64,000 nucleotides of DNA from Vulcanimicrobiota bacterium (GCA_963695225.1 OY968762.1:416001-480000), one strand, 5' to 3'; positions 32,912-43,090 are shown, numbered from the stretch's first letter. Translations and numbers: made by a program. Notes: a model not told the origin generated them from the letters alone.

Positions 32912-34402
32912 TTATGCGGCGACGATTTGGCTCGGGGTCGTTACCGGTTGCTGCGTGGCGGAGCCGGGCGGCGCGAAGCCGTTCTCGACGATCGCGACGA
33001 GTTGGTTGAAGGCGGCCCAGGCAAACGGGAGCTGCGTCTGCAGCCCGTAGCCCCAGGCGGGGTTGGCGAACGTGTCGACGTGCGTCCCGCCTTGCACGAC
33101 GTATTGCCAGTATTGCCCGCCCTTCCCCGACGCTTTGACGGCGTTGAGGTACGGGGTCGCGTTGTTCGCGGTCGTCACGAACGTGTCGGCGCTGCCGGTG
33201 ATCGAGACGAGCGGTTTTTGGATGTTCCCGGTGTGCGAGAACGTCGAGATGACGGAGTTCGCTTGGCTCGAGGGCGCGTAGGCGGCGCGGGTCGCGGGCA
33301 GGGCGAGGCCCGTGGCGTTACACGAACCTGGAAGCCCGGCCGGGTTCGCCGGGTTCGGCGTGCATCCGCCGGGGACCGACGAGGTCGCCGCCGGATCCAA
33401 GAGCAGGCCGTATTCGAAGACGGTAAGGTCGTGATAGAACGACGGCTGGTTCGCGTAGTACTCGTACCACAGCGAAGGATGCCCCGCCGCGCCGGCGATG
33501 TCGGCCGGATACCCCGCCGCAACGATCGCGGCGGCCGCGGCCGTGTCGGTGAAGTTGCTCGCGACGTACGTCTGCATCGCGGTCAAGAACTTCGGCATGT
33601 ACGTCAGGATATTCAGCGCGGTCGACCAGTAGACGCCCGCCCAATCGACGCCGCCGTCGACGAGCGTGCCATAGTTCTCCAACAGCGAGCGCACTTGCGC
33701 GCCGCCGTTCGAAAGGCCGACCGCGTACGTGCGGGTCGGCGCTTTCCCGAAATAGGTCACCAGGAATTGCTGCGCCGCCTTGACGAGCGTCGCGTAGTCG
33801 CGGTTCCAATCGGCAATCGTTCCGGACTGGTTGAGAGCGCCGAGGCGGTACGAGTACTCGGCGACCTCGAGATGGAGCGTCCCGGCCACGATGTAGTCGA
33901 ATGGGATCGGGAATGCTTTGAGCGGATTCGGGCTCGCCTGCAGCGTCTCGAGGATCGCGTTGTAGTTGATGCCCTTGTTGCTGGAGGCGAACGCGTATCC
34001 GCCGGCGAGAGCGAAATCGCCCCAGATCCCTTCGTTCGCGAACTCGCTGCGCGTCGCGGGCGTCCCGGCGACGATCAGCTTCCCGTTCCACGCGGTCGGG
34101 ACTTTGATGACGTAGCGCTCGTTGGATGCGTACGATCCGGTGGCTAGCGTCCCCGGCACGGGCGAGGCCGCCGGCGAGACGTAGTTGAGGACGAGGGCTG
34201 CGGCATCGCCCGCCGGATCGTACCCCGGGAAGACCGGCGGGAGCGGAAATTTGCCGTAACGCAGATCGCTCACGGCCGTACCCGCCGGGAGCCGGGGGGT
34301 CCCCGGCAGGCCGCCGGGATTCGGAACCGAGGAATTCGACGTGTTGCAGCTTGCCAGCAAAGGAGCAACCGCGGCTAGCTCGAGAAAGTGCCGTCGCTTC
34401 AT
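32912..34402 (-). CDS. Tat-exported lipoprotein, tannase/feruloyl esterase-like alpha/beta hydrolase
   Basis: MKRRHFL twin-arginine signal with LASC lipobox; WNGKL, GLSNGG nucleophile elbow, GTH. Confidence 0.75.
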   Translation of the reverse strand: MKRRHFLELAAVAPLLASCNTSNSSVPNPGGLPGTPRLPAGTAVSDLRYGKFPLPPVFPGYDPAGDAAALVLNYVSPAASPVPGTLATGSYASNERYVIKVPTAWNGKLIVAGTPATRSEFANEGIWGDFALAGGYAFASSNKGINYNAILETLQASPNPLKAFPIPFDYIVAGTLHLEVAEYSYRLGALNQSGTIADWNRDYATLVKAAQQFLVTYFGKAPTRTYAVGLSNGGAQVRSLLENYGTLVDGGVDWAGVYWSTALNILTYMPKFLTAMQTYVASNFTDTAAAAAIVAAGYPADIAGAAGHPSLWYEYYANQPSFYHDLTVFEYGLLLDPAATSSVPGGCTPNPANPAGLPGSCNATGLALPATRAAYAPSSQANSVISTFSHTGNIQKPLVSITGSADTFVTTANNATPYLNAVKASGKGGQYWQYVVQGGTHVDTFANPAWGYGLQTQLPFAWAAFNQLVAIVENGFAPPGSATQQPVTTPSQIVAA

Positions 34403-34760
34403 GAAAGTTAGGATCACCTCATGGGAGCGCTAGGGGAAGTGAAGCGCATCGTACGCGCAGCGCGCGCACGATTCCCGCTCGTTCACGCAGTCAGTTTCTA
34501 GCGCGTCGTTTGCGCGACCAATGGCGACCCTCATGTCCCGTAGGCCCGCCGCAATGTCACCCGTCGAAGAGTGAGCTTTCCGCGCGGCCCGCGTCCGGAG
34601 CGCGGCCGGGGTTCCCCGGCCCCACTCCGGACGCTACCATGCATGCCATCGTTATTGTGGGGTGGCTATCTTCACCTCAGCCCATCGTACATCGGCGGCG
34701 CGCGGCGGCGCGTCCGTTGCGAGTGCTGGGGCTGTGCGGTAGAGTTTGCGTAATGTGAGC

Positions 34761-35624
34761 ATGAGGCTATTCCCCACGGCGGCGCAGGCGTATGCGGAGC
34801 GCCACGAACTGCATGCGCTCGTGATCGAGCGCGCCGGCGAGATCGTGTTCGAACGTTACGCCGAGGGCTTTGGGAGTGCCGTCGGGCACCCGCTCTATAG
34901 CGGAACGAAGAGTTTCTGGGGCGTTCTCGCGGTCGCGGCGGAAGAAGATGGTCTGCTCTCGCTCGACGAGCCCGTCGCCCAAACGATTTCCGAGTGGCGG
35001 TTCGACCCGCTGCGCAGGCGCGTCACGTTGCGCGGGCTGTTGGAATTGACGAGCGGCATCGGATTCGGCGGCCTCGGCAATGCAGTCCCCACGTACGAGA
35101 AGGCGCTGCAGACGCCGGTCCTCGCCGAGCCGGGCACGCGCTTCACCTATGGCGGCATTCCGCTGCAAGTGTTCGGTGCCGTGCTCAGCAGACAGCTTGC
35201 AGGGCGTTTTGCCTCGCCTCACGCTTACTTGCACGAGCGGATCCTCGATCCGATCGGCGTGCGAGTTGCCGAATGGCGGAAGTTACGCGACGGCACGAGT
35301 CCGCTTCCGACGGGTGCGAGCTTGACTGCGCGCGATTGGCTCCGTTACGGCCGCTTCATCCTCGAAAACGGGCGGCGCGACGGCCGTGTCATCGTGGGCG
35401 AGAGCGCGCTGGCGCGATGCTTCAACGGCTCCGAAGCGAACCCAAACTACGGCCTCGGCTGGTGGCTGCGCCCGCTCGAAGAACCCGCCGACCTAGTGTA
35501 CGCGAGCGGCTCCGGCGGACAAGCGCTCTACGTTTCGAGATCGGCGCAGCTCGTCGCGGTGCATTTCGGTAAGAGCGCATCGTGGGGGCACGCGACCTTC
35601 CTGCGCCGCCTGTTCGGCGCGTGA
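34761..35624 (+). CDS. Serine hydrolase, beta-lactamase class C-like
   Basis: SGTK (SxxK), LLELTSG, PGTRFTY, YGLGWW, SGSGGQ. Confidence 0.85.
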   Translation: MRLFPTAAQAYAERHELHALVIERAGEIVFERYAEGFGSAVGHPLYSGTKSFWGVLAVAAEEDGLLSLDEPVAQTISEWRFDPLRRRVTLRGLLELTSGIGFGGLGNAVPTYEKALQTPVLAEPGTRFTYGGIPLQVFGAVLSRQLAGRFASPHAYLHERILDPIGVRVAEWRKLRDGTSPLPTGASLTARDWLRYGRFILENGRRDGRVIVGESALARCFNGSEANPNYGLGWWLRPLEEPADLVYASGSGGQALYVSRSAQLVAVHFGKSASWGHATFLRRLFGA

Positions 35625-35696
35625 CGCGGGCAGGTCCGGCTCGAGCACGGGCCGCCCGTCAAGTCACGCCGTTGGATCGATCGTCGCGCCTGCGCG

Positions 35697-36350
35697 CTAC
35701 CGCGTTGCGGCGAAGACGGAATCGGGAACTTTGACGTTCAGCCGGTAGTTCGAAAATGCGGTCTCGGAATCCGCGTGCAGGCCGCCGCCGCGCGTCTTGG
35801 TCGAGGTCGCGCTCACGAGGTAGTACCCGCCGATCGTCTCGTAGGTCTGGTCGCTCGTGATCGTCATGCCGTTCTTGTTCGCCCAGACGTATCGCTGGAC
35901 GAGGCCGGAGGCGTTCTGCACGGCCACGTCGATGCTGCGCACGCTTTCCGGCTCGAGCGGCACGAGGTGATACGTCGTAATCTCCGCAGTGCGCGAGACC
36001 ACCGAGATTGCATATCGCTTCGCCAAGCTCGATACGGGAATCGACGGCTGGTTCTCGAGCAGGGGTTTCGCGATTGCGGGGACGTTCTCGAATATCACCT
36101 TGGACTGGTCGCCGCGGCTGTAGAGCGTCCCGCGCAGCGTGAACCTGGCGAGCGGTAGACGTGTTGCGACCTCGATATGGGCCTCGTACGAAGCCAAACC
36201 CTTATTGAGGCGGACAACCTTCTGGAAGACCGGATCCTTGCTCGAATCGAAGGTTTGAGCACTCGCGGCAGAGAGCGTCACGCTCGCTAGCGCGATCGCC
36301 GCAGCGATCTTCGACCCGATGGGGATCCGGCGTCGTATTCCTTGCATCAT
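35697..36350 (-). CDS. Secreted hypothetical protein (possible LolA-like fold)
   Basis: Signal peptide, beta-rich body, C-terminal FSNYRLNVKVPDSVF. Confidence 0.55.
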   Translation of the reverse strand: MMQGIRRRIPIGSKIAAAIALASVTLSAASAQTFDSSKDPVFQKVVRLNKGLASYEAHIEVATRLPLARFTLRGTLYSRGDQSKVIFENVPAIAKPLLENQPSIPVSSLAKRYAISVVSRTAEITTYHLVPLEPESVRSIDVAVQNASGLVQRYVWANKNGMTITSDQTYETIGGYYLVSATSTKTRGGGLHADSETAFSNYRLNVKVPDSVFAATR

Positions 36351-36362
36351 GTCTTGCCTTGC

Positions 36363-37175
36363 TTATCGCAGGAATTGCTCCGCCTCGCTGGCGGGCAGGT
36401 GCAACGGCGTCGCTGACGCCGGATCGCTGTTGAACTTCGCGAACCGCGCGGGGTCTTGCGCGAAGTGCCGTTTGAGCTGTTCGATGCGATGCTCGTCGTT
36501 CGGATGATCGGAGAGGATCTCCGGAGGCTGCTTAAGATTCGCCTGCGAGAAGTCGTTAAAGAGCCACACGAGACCCCAGGGGTTGTACCCGGCGGCCGCG
36601 CAGGTCTCCGACCCTTTGAGGTCTGCCGCCTCCTCCACTTCGCGCGAATAATGAAGGGAATCGAGCGTGGCGATGGCCTTCACCGCAAGTATTGTACCGA
36701 TCGAGGGGCCCAGCAGGATCGTAGCGCCGATCGCGCGGCGGCGGATCGCGTCGTCGCGTTTCATCAATTCCATCGAATCGTGATGCAGCAAGTGAGAACT
36801 TTCGTGGCAGAGCGTTCCCTCGAGCTCCTCGGCGTTCTTCACGAAATAGAGCAGCGAGTCCACGACGTAGATGTTTCCGCCGGGCGCGGCAAACGCGTTC
36901 GGTTGGTTCTCGTGAACGATGTAGAAGTGGATCGGGTACTGATATTGCGGCTGCACGACCTTCGTTATCGCCGTCGCGATCGGCCGGAGCGTGTCGTAGA
37001 GCGGAGAGGATTGCACGATCTCGCCCTGGGCCTTCAGATCGGCGAAGAGCTGCGCTCCTGCCTGCGCCTCATCGGAGTCGTCGGCTCGCGCCGTGCTTCC
37101 CAGTGCGAGGATCGCCGCGAAGAGGACCGTCAGGCAAACCAGATACGAGCGAGGAGACCTGTCGAGCTTTCGCAT
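36363..37175 (-). CDS. M48 family metallopeptidase
   Basis: Signal peptide; PNAFAAPGG, HESSH, YSREVEEAAD, LSDHP. Confidence 0.88.
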   Translation of the reverse strand: MRKLDRSPRSYLVCLTVLFAAILALGSTARADDSDEAQAGAQLFADLKAQGEIVQSSPLYDTLRPIATAITKVVQPQYQYPIHFYIVHENQPNAFAAPGGNIYVVDSLLYFVKNAEELEGTLCHESSHLLHHDSMELMKRDDAIRRRAIGATILLGPSIGTILAVKAIATLDSLHYSREVEEAADLKGSETCAAAGYNPWGLVWLFNDFSQANLKQPPEILSDHPNDEHRIEQLKRHFAQDPARFAKFNSDPASATPLHLPASEAEQFLR

Positions 37176-37747
37176 TAGTGCGTTGCCTGAAGCTTCGCGA
37201 AATCGGCGCCGACGCTCTTGATGCTGAAGGAAAAGGCGATCAACGAGATGCCGGCGAGAACGGCGTACAAGCCGACCGTGTAAACCAGGGCGAAAACTCC
37301 GAGCTCGGGCCGCAAGACGACGTAGAAGCCGAACGCCAGGCTGATGATCCCCATCAGAATCCACCAGAATTCGTTGCTCACGTACTTGCGCAGCGCTACG
37401 GCGCCTGAGATCTCCGTGAGGCCGCTGGAAATCAGCCAGATTGCGACGAAATAGGCGAGCGCCAGCGGTCCGGCGCCCGGTTGGGCCAGCATGACGAAGC
37501 CGAGCGCTCCCTGGACGAGACCCGAGAGGATGAGAGCCCACCAGTGGTCGACGCCGGTGATGGAGACGCCGGCAAAGAGCGATGCTGCGCCGCTGACGAT
37601 GAGGTAGGCTGCGACGACGTAGACGAGGGCGGTCGCCGTCGCAGACGGCGACGCGAAGGCGAATGCCGCCAGAGCGAGTGCGACGAGCCCGCGCAACAGG
37701 AACGTCCACCACTTACTGGATAGTTGCTTTACGGTATCGGTGATCAT
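37175..37747 (-). CDS. HdeD/DUF308 family membrane protein
   Basis: WWTFLLRGLVALA... six TM segments. Confidence 0.85.
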   Translation of the reverse strand: MITDTVKQLSSKWWTFLLRGLVALALAAFAFASPSATATALVYVVAAYLIVSGAASLFAGVSITGVDHWWALILSGLVQGALGFVMLAQPGAGPLALAYFVAIWLISSGLTEISGAVALRKYVSNEFWWILMGIISLAFGFYVVLRPELGVFALVYTVGLYAVLAGISLIAFSFSIKSVGADFAKLQATH

Positions 37748-38147
37748 GAGCGTGTACCCCTTGATTGTCGACTCCCAGAACGTGTCTCTCGGAGTTCGGA
37801 AGACGCCGCCGAGACATGGCATGGCCGTGTCGATTCGGCGCCGTCGGAGCTTCCGGAATGAATCTCCCGGTGAAGCCAGCGTAGGTGAGCCGAGCATGGA
37901 CAGATAGTTCCGCGTTGCTCACATGAATGGCAGTAACAGCCTCCCTCGCAGGCGACGTTCGCTGCGGGCGGGTCGGTGCGCGATGGCGAACGCCGGTGCC
38001 CGCCGTGGTTGCGGCAGTTCTGCATCGTACCGCCGGAGTGCGATGTCGGGGCGGCACGCAGACGGTTCGGCGAGTGCCGCGCCGGACCGGCCACGGGCCA
38101 TCGGGGTCGCGAGCTGCGCTCTTAGCGCAGGCGCCTCTTGAGCTGCC

Positions 38148-38873
38148 CTAGGGACTTCCTGCGGAACGCCGCTTCGGCTCGGAGCCTGAGGCCGTCGAGA
38201 GGGTCGCGGCGAGCGCCTCAAACGCCTCGTCGACGAACGCGCTGAGCGACTCGGTACCGCCACGGTTGAGCCACGCTTCGATGGCAACGTTCGCTAACGC
38301 GATGACGACCGCCGCCGTCGTCGGTGCGACCAACGATTGCGGTGGGAGCCCCCAGCGGGCCGAGATGCCGTCGGCAAGGTCACGCTGGACGCGCAGGTTC
38401 GAGCCGGCTAGTTCCGTCTGGACGCTCGGAGTCGCCTGCATGAGGCGTGCGGTCCCGACTGCCCTGTCGCGGTCGGTCTCGTATGACTCCATGAGGCGCG
38501 CGAGCGCCCGGCGCGCGGCGACGAGGGGTGGAGTCGAGGTGGGCTGCGTCAGGATGCTGCGCAGCAGGTCGGCGTTGAGCTTTTCGTGCCAGGCGACGAC
38601 CAGGGCCCCTTTCGAGGGGAAGTAGCGGAAGAAGGTGCGCACTGAGACGTCGACTTCAGCGACGATGTCGTCGATCGACACCCGATCGAACCCGCGCTCG
38701 GTAAATAGCCTCATGCCGACGTCCACGAGCCGCTCGCGTAACTTCTCGCGTTTCCGTTCGCGAAGCCCGGGCAATCGGGCTCCTTCGGCCGGATTCTCCC
38801 TAGGCTCGGCGGCGGCCGATGGTTCGATTCGGGGCAACGGCGCCGACTCTGATCTGACGTATGGGCTGGCCAT
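38148..38873 (-). CDS. TetR family transcriptional regulator
   Basis: GLRERK...LF.ERGFDRVSIDDIVAEVDVSVRTFFRYFPSK. Confidence 0.92.
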   Translation of the reverse strand: MASPYVRSESAPLPRIEPSAAAEPRENPAEGARLPGLRERKREKLRERLVDVGMRLFTERGFDRVSIDDIVAEVDVSVRTFFRYFPSKGALVVAWHEKLNADLLRSILTQPTSTPPLVAARRALARLMESYETDRDRAVGTARLMQATPSVQTELAGSNLRVQRDLADGISARWGLPPQSLVAPTTAAVVIALANVAIEAWLNRGGTESLSAFVDEAFEALAATLSTASGSEPKRRSAGSP

Positions 38874-38946
38874 CGAGGCGTCCTTTCGGCTTACATGGCA
38901 AGTTGTCATGCTTGAGCATCTGCTTATCTGAGCCAAATGCGCATAC

Positions 38947-38975
38947 TTGACAAATGGCACGTAATGCCATAATAT
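38947..38975 (+). promoter_or_regulatory. sigma70-like promoter overlapped by inverted repeat ATGGCA-N5-TGCCAT
   Basis: TTGACA at 38947 with CATAAT/TAATAT downstream; the dyad lies in the spacer; related dyad at 38894-38910. Confidence 0.6.
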
Positions 38976-39162
38976 ACCGTCAGTCGCCGAGACGCAACCC
39001 CCATCTTCGAGCCGTCGTGCCGAATGGGCGCGGCCCGTCTCAGCGGCACCTTTGTGAACTCTTAATTTGCAGACGGCCAGTTCGTTGTAAGATGTCTCCG
39101 GAACGCTGAGAACGACATCTTCGGACACGCTGAGCCATTGCGGTACCGTTAAGGAGCCTGCC

Positions 39163-40041
39163 ATGCAAGCGATCGAGCGTCCAACGAACAACACGCGACT
39201 CGGAGAGTTCCTGAGAACGCGGCGCGCGCGCCTCACACCCGCGGACCTGGGCTTGCCGCCGTTAGGGCGGCGGCGCACGCCGGGTCTGCGCCGTGAAGAG
39301 GTGGCCCAACTGAGCGGAATATCGGTCGCCTATTACACCTGGATGGAACAAGGCCGCGACCTGCACATGTCCTGCGACGTGCTCCACGCGCTCGCTCGCA
39401 CGCTTCAGCTTTCGAACGCGGAGCGCGCGCATCTCTTTACGCTCGCCGGACTGGAAGTCCAGGAAAGCGTCGCCCTCGATAGTGCAGATCTCCATCCCAC
39501 GCTCGCGCACGTCTTCGAGACGCAGCGGAATGTTTGCGCGTACAAGTACGATACGTGGTTCAACGTCATCGCGGCGACGCCGTTGGCGGCGGCCGTGTTC
39601 GGCTTCAGAACGCGTCGAGGCGCTGAAACGAACTTGATCTACGATCTCTTTGCCGACCCGCAGCAAAGGCAGTTATGGGTGGACTGGGATAGCGAGGCTC
39701 ATAGTCTCGTCGGCATGTTGCGGCAATCCTTGGCAAAACGGCCCGATTCGGCTGAAGGCAACACGCTCCTCGAGGCGCTGACGCTGCTTCCCGATTTCAC
39801 TGCAGTGTGGAACGCCTACGACGTGCGGCTGCGCCCATCTCCCGACGAGTACTTTCGTGCCGAGCCGTGGGATCTCGCTCACTGGCAAGGCGGCACGTTG
39901 CGCATTCACCGTATCGCGCTGGCGATCCCAAAGCGAAACGGCGGTACTCTCGTCTTGTGCAGCCCGGCCGACCCGGAGACCGCATCCAAGTTTCAATACC
40001 TCGCAGAGCCGGGAAACATCCGGCACTTGCGAGTTCTTTAG
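39163..40041 (+). CDS. XRE/MmyB family transcriptional regulator
   Basis: LGEFLRTRRARL.P...RRRTPGLRREEVAQLSGISVAYYTWMEQGR plus an MLTR ligand-binding-like domain. Confidence 0.92.
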   Translation: MQAIERPTNNTRLGEFLRTRRARLTPADLGLPPLGRRRTPGLRREEVAQLSGISVAYYTWMEQGRDLHMSCDVLHALARTLQLSNAERAHLFTLAGLEVQESVALDSADLHPTLAHVFETQRNVCAYKYDTWFNVIAATPLAAAVFGFRTRRGAETNLIYDLFADPQQRQLWVDWDSEAHSLVGMLRQSLAKRPDSAEGNTLLEALTLLPDFTAVWNAYDVRLRPSPDEYFRAEPWDLAHWQGGTLRIHRIALAIPKRNGGTLVLCSPADPETASKFQYLAEPGNIRHLRVL

Positions 40042-40077
40042 CTCGGCGCAGGAGCGCGCAACCAAACTAACGCGAGG

Positions 40078-40230
40078 TCACGTTGCGGCCGAAGAAGATG
40101 ATTGTTCCGATCTCGAGATGAGCCCGAGACACGTCACGATCATGGCCACCAGAATCGCGAAAAACAGCAGCGGGAGCACTTCGTCGCCGTCGACGGCCCC
40201 CGCGGTTTGGAGGTCGAGCTGTGAAGTCAT
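40078..40230 (-). CDS. Small single-TM protein
   Basis: 50 aa MTSQLDLQ...VLPLLFFAILVAMIVTCLGLI; directly downstream of the DUF1269-like gene. Confidence 0.45.
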   Translation of the reverse strand: MTSQLDLQTAGAVDGDEVLPLLFFAILVAMIVTCLGLISRSEQSSSSAAT

Positions 40231-40290
40231 GGCTTCCGGAGGAGATGGTCCGCCGCCATGCACTTCACAGACTCGACCAAGAGACCGGCG

Positions 40291-40845
40291 TCAGCTCCAG
40301 TACGGAGCGTAGTCGTAAGGGTAGAAATAGTAGCCGTAGCTCGGGCCGAAGAAGGAGTCGCTGTTGACGTCGCCTTTCGGACGCCGGAAGACCTTGCCGC
40401 CGAGCCGTTTCGCCAGCGTGTCGACCGGCGTGGTCCAGCTCTCCGAGATCTCGGCGAGCACGGCCGACTGTCCGGGAGCCAACACGAAGCCGGACTCGTA
40501 GGCGGCCTCCTCGTGCTCGCCGGCTTTCACGGCATCCGCCGTGAGTCCGATCGCTGCGCCGCCCGCGGCGCCGATACCGACTGCCGCCCCGATTTTCGCG
40601 CCGGCTACGGCTCCGACGGGACCGGCGAGAGCACCCAGCAATGCGCCGACGCCGACGCCCACTGCCGTGCGAAGCCCGGGATTGGTTTGCTTCGTGGCGA
40701 CCTGCACGTATCCGAGTTCGTTGCGCCGGATGACCGCGGCGCCGTGCACGGTGATTTCACCTTGGACGTCCAGCGCCCACAGCGCGTGGAGCGCGTCGGA
40801 TGCCTGGGTCTCCGAATCGAAGGTGATTGCTACGTAGTTGTCCAT
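40291..40845 (-). CDS. DUF1269-like glycine-zipper membrane protein (copy 1)
   Basis: YVAITF...AAVIRR..G, GxxxG hairpin, L.PGQSAV; Tyr-rich tail; GAGGAG SD. Confidence 0.8.
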   Translation of the reverse strand: MDNYVAITFDSETQASDALHALWALDVQGEITVHGAAVIRRNELGYVQVATKQTNPGLRTAVGVGVGALLGALAGPVGAVAGAKIGAAVGIGAAGGAAIGLTADAVKAGEHEEAAYESGFVLAPGQSAVLAEISESWTTPVDTLAKRLGGKVFRRPKGDVNSDSFFGPSYGYYFYPYDYAPYWS

Positions 40846-40869
40846 GTGGTTCTCCTCGTCGATCGTGGG

Positions 40870-41244
40870 TTAGTTCGCGGAGGACGTTGCGCGCTTGGCG
40901 GCAACGGCGTGGCTGAGGCTCTGAACGGCGACGCGCGCGCGATCGAGGGCCGCTTGATTCGCGTTCCTTACGTCGGCCCCGGCGGCGCCTGCGGCCGCTT
41001 TAGCCTGCGTCGCCGCGTCTTCGAGTCGCGCGGCAGCCTTCTTGAGATGCTCCTTCGCGTCGGCACGCTGCTCTTCGGCGAGCGTCTTGACGGACGCCGC
41101 GAGTTGGTGAGCTTCCGCCGAGGCGAGCTCGAGCTCTGTGCGTAAACCGGCTTGATTCTCTGCGTTGATCGCTTCGATTCTTTCGTGCAGCGCCTGAGCA
41201 TCGCTGCGAGCCTTGTCGACGGCGTCTTTGACTGCGCTCATCAT
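40870..41244 (-). CDS. Ala-rich all-helical hypothetical protein (copy 1)
   Basis: AAGGAG SD; paralog of 43091-43456 and of the N-terminus of 41389-42321. Confidence 0.8.
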   Translation of the reverse strand: MMSAVKDAVDKARSDAQALHERIEAINAENQAGLRTELELASAEAHQLAASVKTLAEEQRADAKEHLKKAAARLEDAATQAKAAAGAAGADVRNANQAALDRARVAVQSLSHAVAAKRATSSAN

Positions 41245-41316
41245 CGTTCTCCTTGCGTTAGCGGTGCTCGCACAATCGTAAGCGGCGCGCGTGACGCCGA
41301 CCATCTCCCAATCTCT

Positions 41317-41337
41317 CCTATGAGTCCCAGTCACAGG
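41317..41337. promoter_or_regulatory. Conserved imperfect palindrome CCTATGAGTCCCAGTCACAGG (copy 1)
   Basis: Identical at 43531-43551, with the same 47-nt spacing to a minus-strand TACGAT -10 element. Confidence 0.65.
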
Positions 41338-41388
41338 CTCGGCGGCGCCGACCGGTCCGGCCGCGGCGGCGAGAAGCGGAGCCTCGTG

Positions 41389-42321
41389 TTAGCCGAAACG
41401 GGGCTCGTAATCGTACGGATAGAGGGAGGCACCGTAGTAGTCGAACGTGTGCGAGTCGTTCGGAGAGCGGCCTTTTTGACGGCGGAAGACTACGCCGCCG
41501 AGCCTAGTTGCCGCCGCGTCGAGCGGCGCCGTCCGGGTTTCGGAGAGCTCGGCGAGGATCGCCGATTGGCCGCGCTGGAGGACGAAACCGGTCTCGGACA
41601 CGACCTGCTCGTGCTCGCCTGACTTGCCCGTCTCCAAAGTCAAGGCTATGCGCCCGCCTTCCGCGGCGCCGATCGCTGCCGTCGCGCCCACTGCGATGGT
41701 GGCTCCGGCGATTGCGCCGAGAGGACCGGTAAGCACGCCGAGAAGCGCTGCGAGCCCCACGCCGACGGCGGTCCGACGCGCTGCGTCGGTGTCCTTCGTC
41801 GCGAATTGAATGTGCCCGAACTCGTCGCGACGGGCGACGGCCGCACCGTGAACGGTGATGTCGCCGCGGCTATCGAGGTTCCAGAGCGCGTGAAGTCCGG
41901 TGAAGGCTGCTTGCTCGTTCTCGAAGACGACGGCAACGTAATTGTCCGTGCCTCGGCCTGCCGGGGCAGACCGCTGCGAGGCTACGGCCTCGCTCAAGCT
42001 CTGAACGGCGCTACGCGCGTTCTCGAGCATCGCCAGGTTGGCTCGTTTGAGCTCCGCTTCGCTCGCAGCGGTCACGTCGCGCACGTGTTTGGCCGCATCT
42101 TCGAGCTGCGCGACGGCATCCTGGACGTGCTGCTTCGCGTCGGCGCGCAGTGCGTCGCCGAGCGTCTGCAGCGACGCCGCGAGCTTCTTCGCTTGAACCG
42201 CGGCATTCACGACATCGGCGCGCAGGGCGGCGTGGTCCCGTGCCGTCGAGGCTTCGACCTTCTTGTGAAGGTCTTGCGCTTCGCTGCGGGCGTGATCCAA
42301 GGCGTCTTCGATTCCACTCAC
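41389..42321 (-). CDS. Fusion of helical protein and DUF1269-like domain (copy 2)
   Basis: N-terminal ~120 aa match the helical protein; continues via linker APAGRGT into DNYVAVVF...YPYDY. Confidence 0.8.
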   Translation of the reverse strand: MSGIEDALDHARSEAQDLHKKVEASTARDHAALRADVVNAAVQAKKLAASLQTLGDALRADAKQHVQDAVAQLEDAAKHVRDVTAASEAELKRANLAMLENARSAVQSLSEAVASQRSAPAGRGTDNYVAVVFENEQAAFTGLHALWNLDSRGDITVHGAAVARRDEFGHIQFATKDTDAARRTAVGVGLAALLGVLTGPLGAIAGATIAVGATAAIGAAEGGRIALTLETGKSGEHEQVVSETGFVLQRGQSAILAELSETRTAPLDAAATRLGGVVFRRQKGRSPNDSHTFDYYGASLYPYDYEPRFG

Positions 42322-42505
42322 GGTTGTGCTCCCTCAGAATCTCCGGAATATGTATCAGTGTCTGTGAGCCGATCCGGGACGGACGTCTCGCGCGCCCGGG
42401 GCTCGAGCGTCGACTGCCTGTCTTGAAGGAGGGGAGTCCGATGAATAGTCGCTGACGGACGGCTATCCATCGAACTCTGCGGCTTTTCAAAACGGGCGTC
42501 CGGCG

Positions 42506-43066
42506 TCAGCTCCAGTACGGAGCGTAGTCGTAGGGGTAGAAATAGTAGCCGTAGCTCGGGCCGAAGAAAGAGTCGTTGGCGACGTCGCCCTTAGGACGCC
42601 GGTAGACTTTTCCGCCCAGCCTCTTCGCCAGCGTGTCGACGGGCGTGGTCCAGCTCTCCGAGATCTCGGCGACGACCGCCGACTGTCCGGGCGCCAGCAT
42701 GAAGCCCGACTCGAAGGCGGCTTCCTCGTGCTCGCCGGCTTTCACGGCATCCGCAGTGAGCCCGATCGTTCCGCCGGCAGCGGCGCCGATCCCGGCTGCA
42801 GTGCCGGCCGTGATGGCGGCGTGGGCTGCGATTCCGGCGGGGCCTGCGAGAGCGCCCAGTAGGGCGCCGACGCCGATTCCGATCGCCGTGCGAAGCCCGG
42901 GGTTGGTTTGCTTCGTGGCGACCTGCACGTACCCGAGCTCGTTACGCCGGATGACCGCGGCGCCGTGCACGGTGATTTCTCCTTGGACGTCCAGGGCCCA
43001 CAGCGCGTGGAGCGCGTCGGCCGCGTTGGTCTCCGAATTGAACGTGATTGCTACGTAGTTGTCCAT
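42506..43066 (-). CDS. DUF1269-like glycine-zipper membrane protein (copy 3)
   Basis: Near-identical to 40291-40845, same FFGPSYGYYFYPYDYAPYWS tail. Confidence 0.8.
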   Translation of the reverse strand: MDNYVAITFNSETNAADALHALWALDVQGEITVHGAAVIRRNELGYVQVATKQTNPGLRTAIGIGVGALLGALAGPAGIAAHAAITAGTAAGIGAAAGGTIGLTADAVKAGEHEEAAFESGFMLAPGQSAVVAEISESWTTPVDTLAKRLGGKVYRRPKGDVANDSFFGPSYGYYFYPYDYAPYWS

Positions 43067-43090
43067 GTCGTTCTCCTTGTCGATCGTGTG

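Noticed and set aside
40305..40325. HA-tag-like YPYDY(A) peptide suggesting engineered sequence
   Set aside because: It is not YPYDVPDYA and occurs in three natural paralogs with synonymous divergence
42426..42455. Strong SD (AAGGAGG) followed by ATG AAT AGT CGC TGA
   Set aside because: A four-codon ORF antisense to the surrounding genes, with no supporting evidence
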